64,000 bases of DNA, taken from the NCBI GenBank assembly GCA_022571215.1, contig JACZYG010000009.1, positions 18,663-82,662 of the forward strand, given 5' to 3'. The notes beneath the pieces are model-generated. The model ran no database searches and had not been told where the DNA came from. It saw only the letters and a list, made by a program, of their open reading frames with translations. Below, in pieces: positions 32,617 to 41,055 of this stretch. Origin of the DNA: Fidelibacterota bacterium. Its GTDB lineage: Bacteria > Fidelibacterota > SORT01. Position 1 is the stretch's first letter; every line of letters begins with the position of its first letter. A program made the translations under genes and the position numbers.

Positions 32617-33903
32617 TTAATTGAGCTTCATGCCCACTGTCGCTTCTAATCTTGCAATTGATTTTTCGTAATCCGATAAAATTCTAAAATAATTTATCTG
32701 ATGCTCGAACAGCGTAACCTGATTGTTCAATAAGGTAATGAAGTCAACCTTATCAACCTGATAACCGGAGAGCGCGGAGTTTAAACTCTGTCTCGCTTGC
32801 GGTAACAATCTCTCTGTATATAACACTATCAGCTCGTTACCCTTATAGATGTCGGAGTAATTTATCTCAATATCTCTCCTGACATTATTCAACGCGTTCT
32901 TATAGGATTCCTCGAAGATACGGACAGAAGCCTCAGATTCCTCGACCTTGCTCGATTGCCTGTTACCCGGTTTTATCGGCAGACTGAACCCGACGTTCAC
33001 CGATAAAAAATCCGCTCCGCCCATAGCCCCTCCGGTAAGCTCATCCCTTTGAGTGTAGGCGACTCCCACGGCTAAGTCAGGCAAGACAAGCTTACGGGAA
33101 TACTTCGCCATTTTCTTCTTACTCTTGATACGATGCTTGATCGCCCTTAATAGCGGTCTTGATTCTTCCACTAATTCCATCAGTTCGCTTTCCGATAAAA
33201 TATTTTCAGTTTTAGACAGCGTGCCGGGAATTATCAGTGGAGTTTGAGGATCTCTGTTCATCAGCGTATTTATTCGCGCAACTATCTTCTTCCTATCAAA
33301 ATCCAAATTTATTAACTTCTCTTCGAACTTTGATAAGGAAACTTGAGCCTTCAACACATCTTGTTGAATTCCTCTGCCCACTGAATATCTCGTTTCAGCT
33401 ATTTCAACAAAGCTTTTCAGAAGTCCAATATTTTCCTTATTGATCCTTATTGATTGATCCGTAAAATACAGGTTGAAGTAATCCTCCGAAACGCTGCGAA
33501 CCAACATTCCCTCCAGCTCTAACTTGTCTTCTTTCGCTGCCATCAGCTCGTATGAAGCGGCATCAGCTTTTACTCCAAGTTTTCCCGGAAAAGGTATTTT
33601 CTGCATGAGCGACAGCTGCTTCCCTGTCATCGGTTCCTGATCGAACACCCGTGACTCTATTGGAACGTTTATTATTCCGAACCTTAAAATAGGATCCATC
33701 CATGATCCTGCCTGTTTAAGTCTTTCATCCGCTCTTTTTACCTTCCAGTTAAATACATTGAGACCCGGATTGTACTTAATAACGGCTTCTATCGCTTCAT
33801 CAAGAGAGAGAGTTTCGGTGGAATCATTTGGCGCTCCGTTAACAGCTGCCGCCAACGTAAATCCCAATATCGTAGTTGTTATTATTCTTGTTGTTCGTTT
33901 CAA
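32617..33903 (-). CDS. TolC/CusC-CzcC family outer membrane efflux protein
   Basis: Signal peptide, QKIPFPGKL, ETRYSVGRGIQQDVLKAQ, YQVDKVDF. Confidence 0.92.
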   Translation of the reverse strand: MKRTTRIITTTILGFTLAAAVNGAPNDSTETLSLDEAIEAVIKYNPGLNVFNWKVKRADERLKQAGSWMDPILRFGIINVPIESRVFDQEPMTGKQLSLMQKIPFPGKLGVKADAASYELMAAKEDKLELEGMLVRSVSEDYFNLYFTDQSIRINKENIGLLKSFVEIAETRYSVGRGIQQDVLKAQVSLSKFEEKLINLDFDRKKIVARINTLMNRDPQTPLIIPGTLSKTENILSESELMELVEESRPLLRAIKHRIKSKKKMAKYSRKLVLPDLAVGVAYTQRDELTGGAMGGADFLSVNVGFSLPIKPGNRQSSKVEESEASVRIFEESYKNALNNVRRDIEINYSDIYKGNELIVLYTERLLPQARQSLNSALSGYQVDKVDFITLLNNQVTLFEHQINYFRILSDYEKSIARLEATVGMKLN

Positions 33904-34000
33904 TTATTAACTCCATTCATTATTAATTCCGTGATAAATAAGCCGAGGACGCTATGATACCGAAAAATTGGAATCAGGCTATTTGACGCGCGAATTTTTT

Positions 34001-34417
34001 TCAGGACAAAGAGACTGAATCAAGAAGATATATGGCTGTTTCTTTATATTTCAAATCTGTTGAAGAATAATAAAAAAAGGAGCCATATTGAGACGGTAGC
34101 GCTGATGTAAACATATGATATAAAGTATTTGAACTTAGATCCTTAGAAGCCGATGACCTTTTAAGCTGAGTCTTAACCGCAGGAAGCTCGACAACTATAT
34201 TAGCCGAAACTGGACAGACTCGGCTTAAACTCATTGAAACATCTATCAAATCGCTGTGGCAACAGCTCTTAGCTTCTTTTTGCGCGTGATTGTGCATCTT
34301 GCACATGTCACCGCATATCCCCGCAGAAAAAGCTGAACTGAACTGTATTAAAACGAGGAGAACAACAAGGATTATTCCCGTACTCACCCGCGTTATATTA
34401 TCTTTTTTTTGCATCAT
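34001..34417 (-). CDS. Cys/His-rich exported protein heading the metal-efflux operon
   Basis: Likely start MMQKK at 34417; hydrophobic N-terminus, CGDMCKMHNH..SCCH..C, C-terminal IYLLDSVSL. Confidence 0.6.
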   Translation of the reverse strand: MMQKKDNITRVSTGIILVVLLVLIQFSSAFSAGICGDMCKMHNHAQKEAKSCCHSDLIDVSMSLSRVCPVSANIVVELPAVKTQLKRSSASKDLSSNTLYHMFTSALPSQYGSFFYYSSTDLKYKETAIYLLDSVSLS

Positions 34418-34558
34418 TTCCCCGCACGAATATACTGATTTTTTGAGGTCTTGCAAGCTTTTTCAGCGAAACGGTGTGATAGAGCCGGCTGAAAAGACCT
34501 TCATAAATCGTAACATTTTATTTCAGTTAGCGCGTATATTTGTCTGACAGTTTTAGAT

Positions 34559-34996
34559 ATGAAATTAAATATTTTAAATGCGACTCAAGACGATATTCCC
34601 GCTATAACTAAACTGCTAAAGAAAGCAAACCTTCCTCCCGATGACCTTGAAAGGTGGATAGATAATTTTTTCGTTTTGACCATTGAAGGAAAAATAGAAG
34701 GTTGTATAGGACTCGAACATTGGGAAAATACAGGTCTTCTCAGATCGTTTGCGGTGTCAGAGGATTACCGTTCAAAGGGGCATGGGCTTAAACTCTATGC
34801 TGAATTAATAGCTGCTGCAAAAGAGTTGAATTTGAATTCTATGCTGCTACTTGCTAAGGGAGCATCGGGTTTCTTCGAGAAGAACGGCTTTAAGTTCATA
34901 GATAGAAACGAAGCTCCGGAAAGTGTTAAGAACTCTATTCAATTTAAACTTGATGAATGCAGAAAATACGACGTCATGAAACTGGATATTAACTGA
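34559..34996 (+). CDS. GNAT acetyltransferase (ArsN2-like)
   Basis: ANLPPDDL, GLE..GLLRSFAV..YRSKGHG, GFFEKNGF..RNEAPESV..QF...C. Confidence 0.8.
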   Translation: MKLNILNATQDDIPAITKLLKKANLPPDDLERWIDNFFVLTIEGKIEGCIGLEHWENTGLLRSFAVSEDYRSKGHGLKLYAELIAAAKELNLNSMLLLAKGASGFFEKNGFKFIDRNEAPESVKNSIQFKLDECRKYDVMKLDIN

Positions 34997-35024
34997 TGCC
35001 CTGTATATGTGGCGGTCAGGGCTT

Positions 35025-35145
35025 GCTCTGAAGCCTGTATAACTGAAACCCTCTCTTACTCTTCAAAGTAATACATAAAATCCGTCAATGCGTTCAGCTC
35101 TTTCTTGGGCAGCCAGTCAAATTTCGGCATTATACTGTTCGGCTC
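35025..35145. repeat. Direct repeat copy 1 (121 bp; 3' end of the cytochrome b-c gene plus downstream 31 bp)
   Basis: Aligns without gaps to 36610-36730 with 5 mismatches, counted by hand. Confidence 0.97.
35056..35145 (-). pseudogene. Displaced 3' fragment of the cytochrome b-c gene
   Basis: Encodes EPNSIMPKFDWLPKKELNALTDFMYYFEE*, identical to the last 29 aa of 36641..38281. Confidence 0.9.
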
Positions 35146-35339
35146 TCAGAAGCGGATATTTATAAAAAAAATAAGCGATTTCGTTATCGACTGCGTTTTC
35201 TGTTAAGGCTATTTCACTAAATATCAAAAAATGATTACTTAAGAGTATCATTAATATTTTTAAAAGTGTTCGGTGAACATGAGATATAGGTTTATATTAT
35301 TTAAGAACTGGCTGAATCCTGAAATTAGGAGAATAAAAC

Positions 35340-36494
35340 ATGTATAGAGTATTTGTGCTTGGTGCTGGATTTTCACATCAGGCGGGATTGCCCCTTGGTA
35401 ACGAATTATTTGTTCGCATAATCCAAGAATCGAAAAAAGGTGTGCTATATGAAAACATACTTAAAGCAGACATAGAAGATTATATTGACTACATAAAGGC
35501 TACTTCTGGCAAACAAATTATAGAAAGTGAAATTGACTTAGAAAAATTCGCCTCATTTTTAGATATCCAACATCTACTATATCTAAGGGGATCAGATACT
35601 TGGTCATCTGAAGGCAATCGTTCTCAAATTGTAATTAGGAATCTCATAGGTTTAATACTAAACAATAAGATAGAAAATATGAATGATTCTGAAATGAGTT
35701 TATACAATAAATTTGCCTCAAAGCTCGATACGAAAGATTTTGTTATTACATTTAATTACGATACAATTTTAGAAAAGGCATTGGAGGCAATAAATAAGCC
35801 TTACAGACTTTTTCCTCAACGGTTTAGTGCCATTCATTCAACATGGGGTGAAGTTGACACAACCCATGAAGAAGTAGTGATATTGAAATTACACGGCTCA
35901 ATTGATTGGTTTGACATTACAGCATTCAATCGAGAAATAAGTCACATTCATTCAGAAAAAAATTATCAGAAACCTCATCATATAATATTTAGCAATCTGG
36001 ATAAATTTTACCCTGATAAAATAATTGATGAACCATATTTTCAAGATTCAAAATTACAGAATATATATAAGATAAAGAATTTGGATAGATATTACTCAAC
36101 GGCAACATTGGTTGAAGAGGTCCCATTAATTGTTTCACCTTCTTATGTTAAAATATCGTATTTAAATCCGCTTGAAGAATTATGGGGTGCGTTTCATGGA
36201 AGTGGAATGTTAAATTCTGGAATCGCTATAATAGGTTTTTCTATTCCTGAACATGATGAGTATATTAAGCAACCATTGTACTCTATGATCACCGATTTCC
36301 TAAACTCAGATACAAAGAAGATTTTTAGTCGGTTCGGAATAAAAAAATTGCCATTGAAATTTGTCGATTATAGAAAAGAAGAAAAAGATCAGAAAGAATA
36401 TCAAAAGATATTCCAATTTATAGACTGGGAAAAGACCGATCCGTTTTATGGTGGCTTCAATGATGAAGCAATTGATTATTTATTTGATAAATAA
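35340..36494 (+). CDS. SIR2-family (SIR2_2-like) protein, putative NADase
   Basis: VFVLGAGFS..GLP, ITFNYD.ILE, LKLHGSIDW, IVSPS..K, IIGFSI..HD; RBS AGGAG. Confidence 0.88.
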   Translation: MYRVFVLGAGFSHQAGLPLGNELFVRIIQESKKGVLYENILKADIEDYIDYIKATSGKQIIESEIDLEKFASFLDIQHLLYLRGSDTWSSEGNRSQIVIRNLIGLILNNKIENMNDSEMSLYNKFASKLDTKDFVITFNYDTILEKALEAINKPYRLFPQRFSAIHSTWGEVDTTHEEVVILKLHGSIDWFDITAFNREISHIHSEKNYQKPHHIIFSNLDKFYPDKIIDEPYFQDSKLQNIYKIKNLDRYYSTATLVEEVPLIVSPSYVKISYLNPLEELWGAFHGSGMLNSGIAIIGFSIPEHDEYIKQPLYSMITDFLNSDTKKIFSRFGIKKLPLKFVDYRKEEKDQKEYQKIFQFIDWEKTDPFYGGFNDEAIDYLFDK

Positions 36495-36609
36495 TAAAAT
36501 AAGAGGTCATCACATTTTAGAGGATGGGTCAGGATTAATTGATGCTCATGGCGAAGATGTCAATATAATTGATCTTCCTGACATTAAATTGTTAAGCGAG
36601 AGATTTAAA

Positions 36610-36730
36610 GCTCTGAAGCCTGTATGACTGAAACTCTGTATTACTCTTCAAAGTAATACATAAAATCCGTCAATGCGTTTAGCTCTTTCTTGGGCAGCCA
36701 GTCAAATTTCGGCATTATACTGTTCGGCTC
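36610..36730. repeat. Direct repeat copy 2 (121 bp)
   Basis: Partner of 35025-35145; contains the functional stop codon of the cytochrome b-c gene. Confidence 0.97.
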
Positions 36731-38281
36731 GTACTTTTGTGGATCCAAAAAGTGGTCATAGATGTAATCCCTGTCATGCTTAAGCGTGACTCCCGCAAGA
36801 TTCGGGCCGAACCCCGGTTCAGGATCGTCTATCTTATGACAAGCCCCGCATTTGTATGAAGAGAATAAATTCGCTGAATAAAGTATATCTTCCGTCACGG
36901 TCAATAGTTTATCCCTTTGTGGAGTGCTAAGCCGAAAATAGAATGATTTCAAATCTATAATTTGATCGAGCTTTAAACTTGCCTGCTCGACATTTCTTTC
37001 AGGCTGCGCAAGCGAGGGATTGGAAAAATGTTCTTTTAACCAAATAATGCTCTTTTCTCCGCTCGTCTGTAGAAGATCATTTGCTCCCTCACCGTGATTG
37101 CCGCCTATGTTGTGACAATTCATACATGATTCGTTTTGATATAGGTATCTTCCGGACAGCTCTGCGGGTTGTAGTCTGGATGGTTCTTCTTCCTCTGCCG
37201 TCTCAACGACAGCGGTCAATTTTCCTGAACTGTCGTCTGCCGCGCCCATAACGGTAAGACCGCCAACCGTCATCAAACCTATTGCCATTAAGGTTAGTGC
37301 TAATTTTCTGTCTTTAAGTTTTCTGGATCGGTTTCTATCATAAAATGGTAAGAGCAGCAATGCCAAAACTCCTATTGTGGGTATTATTATTGTTCCAATC
37401 AGTTCGAGATTTCCCGGGAATAACTTTTGAAGTTGATACATTGAAAGAAAATACCATTCCGGTTTTGGAACATAAGATGTATCGGTCGGGTCTGCCAATT
37501 TTTCAAGCGGCGCGCCGAACAACATGGCAAAACCGGAAAGTATCAGAAAAATCAGCAAGATGGCTACTCCGTCTTTGAAGAGCTGATCAGGCCAGAAGCG
37601 GGAATCGAACTTGACTTCCTCATCCGGAGATTTGAATGGTGGAGTGATTCCTTGTCTCTTCTGTAAAAACACATGTATAGCTACCGCTCCAATCGTAATA
37701 AGAGGGAGGACGATAACGTGCAGCGAATAAAAATGAGTGAGAGTCACGGAGCCGATGACATCTCCACCCTGCAGTATTTTTTGGATTATATCACCCAGGA
37801 ACGGAGCGGTTCCGGCAATATTGAGCGTTACGACGGTCGCCCAATATGCTTTTTGATCCCATGGAAGCAGATAACCCGTAAGCCCGAATGCCAAAACGAG
37901 ATTAAACAATATTACTCCGAAAACCCAGGTCAACTCACGGGGATATTTGTACGCGGAATATATAAATGTTCTCAGCAAGTGTATCACCGTAAAAACCACA
38001 AAAAAACTTGAACCCCAATGGTGCAGTCCCCGAATGAAACTCCCTAAAAACAGTTCATTCTGAACGTAACTAACGCTCAAATGCGCTGCTTCGGGTGTCG
38101 GCGCATAGAACATGGAAAGGAAAATACCGGTCGCAGCCTGTAATACGAAAAGAAAGAGAGAGATGCTTCCGAACACATGTGTCCAGCCTACGCCTTCGGG
38201 CAGAGGCTCGTCAAGAAGCTCTTTGAATCCCTCCCTGAGGTGAAGTCTTTCATCAAGCCAATTTATGACGGAATTGAACAC
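36641..38281 (-). CDS. Cytochrome b (b6+SUIV-like, unsplit) fused to two cytochrome c domains
   Basis: LHHWGSS, IHLLR, TGYLLPWDQ, LH..H, KPEWY, then CMNCH and CGACH. Confidence 0.94.
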   Translation of the reverse strand: MFNSVINWLDERLHLREGFKELLDEPLPEGVGWTHVFGSISLFLFVLQAATGIFLSMFYAPTPEAAHLSVSYVQNELFLGSFIRGLHHWGSSFFVVFTVIHLLRTFIYSAYKYPRELTWVFGVILFNLVLAFGLTGYLLPWDQKAYWATVVTLNIAGTAPFLGDIIQKILQGGDVIGSVTLTHFYSLHVIVLPLITIGAVAIHVFLQKRQGITPPFKSPDEEVKFDSRFWPDQLFKDGVAILLIFLILSGFAMLFGAPLEKLADPTDTSYVPKPEWYFLSMYQLQKLFPGNLELIGTIIIPTIGVLALLLLPFYDRNRSRKLKDRKLALTLMAIGLMTVGGLTVMGAADDSSGKLTAVVETAEEEEPSRLQPAELSGRYLYQNESCMNCHNIGGNHGEGANDLLQTSGEKSIIWLKEHFSNPSLAQPERNVEQASLKLDQIIDLKSFYFRLSTPQRDKLLTVTEDILYSANLFSSYKCGACHKIDDPEPGFGPNLAGVTLKHDRDYIYDHFLDPQKYEPNSIMPKFDWLPKKELNALTDFMYYFEE

Positions 38282-38782
38282 CTATGCGACACCCGAGCTT
38301 CTGTCTACGGGTTCGCCTATAAGTAATTTTCCCGCTTCAAATTTAATTTCATGCCTTTTCAAAGGTTTTGGCGGCGGACCGCCAATTACATTTCCTTCTT
38401 TGTCATAAAGGCCGCCATGACAGGGGCATGCAAAACTTTCTCTCTCTTCGTCGAACGAAACGGTACATCCGAGATGCGTGCAGATAGGTGATAGCGCTAT
38501 AAGCTCTCCCTTTGACCTGTAAACCCACGCGGTAGATGAGACTGTTCTCTTATTCCACCCATCTTTTATCTCTTTATTATAATTAACTCCCAAAGGATTT
38601 TCGTTATTGAAATCTTCTACCGCTCCGATCTCTATCCACATGTTTTTGGATTTAATAAAGGCAGGTGAGACAAAGAATGAAACAAGCGGTATGCCCGCCA
38701 TAAAAGTAATAAGACCATAGATACCGGCGGTTACCTTTTTAAGGAACCCTCTTCTTGAAAAATCGCTTTTAACTTTATTCAT
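38282..38782 (-). CDS. Rieske iron-sulfur subunit
   Basis: Tat motif SRRGFLK, CTHLGC, CPCHGG, GPPPKPL. Confidence 0.96.
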   Translation of the reverse strand: MNKVKSDFSRRGFLKKVTAGIYGLITFMAGIPLVSFFVSPAFIKSKNMWIEIGAVEDFNNENPLGVNYNKEIKDGWNKRTVSSTAWVYRSKGELIALSPICTHLGCTVSFDEERESFACPCHGGLYDKEGNVIGGPPPKPLKRHEIKFEAGKLLIGEPVDRSSGVA

Positions 38783-38942
38783 CGTCTAACGTCTCATTCT
38801 TTCTATCCATAAAAACTTTCGCGCTTAATAGTAACGTGATGATTTAACACATTCGATCAGTAATAAATGTAATATGGTTTACAAGATACGAATTTATTGC
38901 CTTGTATAACAAATAACCCGGGCGCTTTCAAATGTTACTTAG

Positions 38943-40034
38943 TTAAAATCCGAGGTAGATCTGCGCCCCTACAAAAGTTTCGCCATCAAATCCGGGGAAA
39001 TCTCCCTGTTCCTCAGTCCAAACGGCAAAATCTGCTTTTAAGATTCCAAGATTAAGCCCGGCGCCATACGTCGGGTATCCTTGATTAAAGCCGCCGCGAA
39101 GTTTCAGGATAGGTAAGTTTACTTCTATTCCGATATGCATTTTGTTAAAAAATGCCGTTTCGTCAGAATTGAAAAAATCAACAATATTCGCTTCCGCGGA
39201 GAGCCGTCTAAACAGTTCATATTTGACTCCCAGCTTCAGATTAGTCGAGATATCATCATTTCCGTCATCTATGTTTCCAACCAGATCGACGAAAACAAGA
39301 CCGACTTCAAGTTTCTCATTTAGCCTGTATAATGCGCCAAGATCAAAGCCGAATCCGCTGTTGCCACTTTTCAAGCTGTCCTGAAGTTCCGTGATTAGAT
39401 CACCGCTACTGGATAAATCACTAAATCCCAGCTTTTGGTCTGGCGCTTCTCTTCTCGTAATAAATTTCAGGGCAGCGCCCATCTTGAGGCCCGGTCTTAT
39501 GAAATCCATTCTCTTGCCGTACCCGACCGAGATTACATTATCAAATATGCCCTTCATAAACACGTGCGGCTCATACACGCCTTTATCTATTTTGAACTCA
39601 AAATCCAAGATACCATAATAGGCTACACCGACATTTACAGCGCTGATCGCCCCGGCAAATGGAACACCTGCTTTCATCCATCTGTTGTCTATGGAATTAA
39701 GATCTGTATAAATGGAATCAACTCTTGCCGGACTCAAATCACCGAAAGATGCGAGGGAATCGGAATTATCCGAGATAAAATCCTTCAAATCCAGGATATT
39801 ATTGTTAAATAATAATTGAATGCTTATCGGGCTAACGTGGATCTTGCCCCTTGACAGCAGAGCGGGATTACTGATGAACGCCGTTGCTCCTTGTGACGAC
39901 ATAATCCCTACGCCGCCCATGGCTCTGTTACGCATCGTGTCATAGAACACTCCTCTTTTGGCGCCGGCGAACGCGCTTGAAGAAAGCATCGCTGTCAAGA
40001 TTGTAAAAATTAGAAGTTTATACGTTTTTTGCAT
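38943..40034 (-). CDS. Outer membrane beta-barrel, TraF/PorV/FadL-like
   Basis: Signal peptide, RAMGG..AFISNPA N-terminal motif, GFGFDLGALY, LRGGFNQGY, terminal Phe. Confidence 0.75.
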   Translation of the reverse strand: MQKTYKLLIFTILTAMLSSSAFAGAKRGVFYDTMRNRAMGGVGIMSSQGATAFISNPALLSRGKIHVSPISIQLLFNNNILDLKDFISDNSDSLASFGDLSPARVDSIYTDLNSIDNRWMKAGVPFAGAISAVNVGVAYYGILDFEFKIDKGVYEPHVFMKGIFDNVISVGYGKRMDFIRPGLKMGAALKFITRREAPDQKLGFSDLSSSGDLITELQDSLKSGNSGFGFDLGALYRLNEKLEVGLVFVDLVGNIDDGNDDISTNLKLGVKYELFRRLSAEANIVDFFNSDETAFFNKMHIGIEVNLPILKLRGGFNQGYPTYGAGLNLGILKADFAVWTEEQGDFPGFDGETFVGAQIYLGF

Positions 40035-40059
40035 CTTTATCTCCGATAAAAATTAAAAT

Positions 40060-41016
40060 TTATGGACAGGGTTGTGGAGTTCCGGCGCCAGACCAATCCC
40101 ATCCGGGCGTTCCGCCGGTAACAATAGCATCTTCATCGATCAATCCATCTCCATCGTCGTCAATTTGGTTTATACATTCGTCATCGACAACTCCGTCACC
40201 GTCATTGTCCCCCTCTCCTTCATTACCGGGAACCAAAGTATTAACATAATACCACTCCAACGAACCTGTAATATCATCCATGAGGTTATCAATAATCGTC
40301 GTATCAATGTCTGTGTCTCCGAGCAGCTCTGAAAATATATCACCGGCATTATCAATAATATCCGTAACACTTGATATGAGAGCATTCAGATCTTCCGCTC
40401 CAAGTGAGTCAACGAATGAAGAATCAAATTCAAATCCTCCGCTTCCTGTACTGAACATACTCAGGTCAAAATCTTTATCATCAATTCTTTCATCACCGTT
40501 TGTGTCGGCAATTCGTAAAATCCCCTTAACGGTATTGGCAATAAATAAATCCAGGGTAATATCATCTTTTTCAATACTGCCTGTTGTAACTATCGTGCTG
40601 TCAAATATCGGATTCAGGTCGTTGAAGATCGTAATATTCGTGACATACAGATTATCTTGATCCGGCTTTTCTCTGCCAAAAAATGGAAGCTCAATATTCG
40701 CTCCCGGGTTCGTTCCCGAAGGCTGGTCAAATTTTTGTAATTCGTTCAGTATTGTAATTATGCTCTCGCCGGAAGAAAGCAAGGTAGCTTTTGCATGATT
40801 ATACAGTAAATCGCTGTTGAGCGAATCTTCTAATAATCCGAGCGCAAAAAGACTTTCCGCAGCTTCAAAATTTCCATCCAACATGAATTCAAGTCCATCC
40901 TCAAGTAGATCCTCACTCTCTTCAGGGGTGGCGGACCAACTGAAAATGTTACACCCTGCAAAGACAAACGCCGTTATTAGCAAGCCGACGAACGCAAACC
41001 TAGCCTTAAATTTCAT
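40060..41016 (-). CDS. Acidic lipoprotein with Ca-binding-like DxDGD motifs
   Basis: Start MKFKARF at 41016 with RBS AGGAG; lipobox FAG-C; TPR-like N-terminus; DTNGDERID, DNDGDGVVDDEC, DDDGDGLIDED. Confidence 0.8.
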   Translation of the reverse strand: MKFKARFAFVGLLITAFVFAGCNIFSWSATPEESEDLLEDGLEFMLDGNFEAAESLFALGLLEDSLNSDLLYNHAKATLLSSGESIITILNELQKFDQPSGTNPGANIELPFFGREKPDQDNLYVTNITIFNDLNPIFDSTIVTTGSIEKDDITLDLFIANTVKGILRIADTNGDERIDDKDFDLSMFSTGSGGFEFDSSFVDSLGAEDLNALISSVTDIIDNAGDIFSELLGDTDIDTTIIDNLMDDITGSLEWYYVNTLVPGNEGEGDNDGDGVVDDECINQIDDDGDGLIDEDAIVTGGTPGWDWSGAGTPQPCP

Positions 41017-41055
41017 TTTATTAACTCCTGACACTGATTTATTTTTATTTTCTAT

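Larger units (their letters stand above)
35025..36730. mobile_element. Direct-repeat-flanked, integrase-less islet carrying a SIR2-family gene
   Basis: 121-bp repeats 1585 bp apart, AT-rich interior, single cargo gene. Confidence 0.7.

Noticed and set aside
36495-36609. Possible integron attC after the SIR2 gene (GTTAAGC at about 36591; gtcagga..tcctgac inverted repeat)
   Set aside because: There is no matching RYYYAAC inverse core after the stop codon, no integron integrase and no second cassette.
38943-40034. Conjugative element implied by TraF-like similarity
   Set aside because: No relaxase, coupling protein or T4SS genes are present; the family label only describes a beta-barrel.
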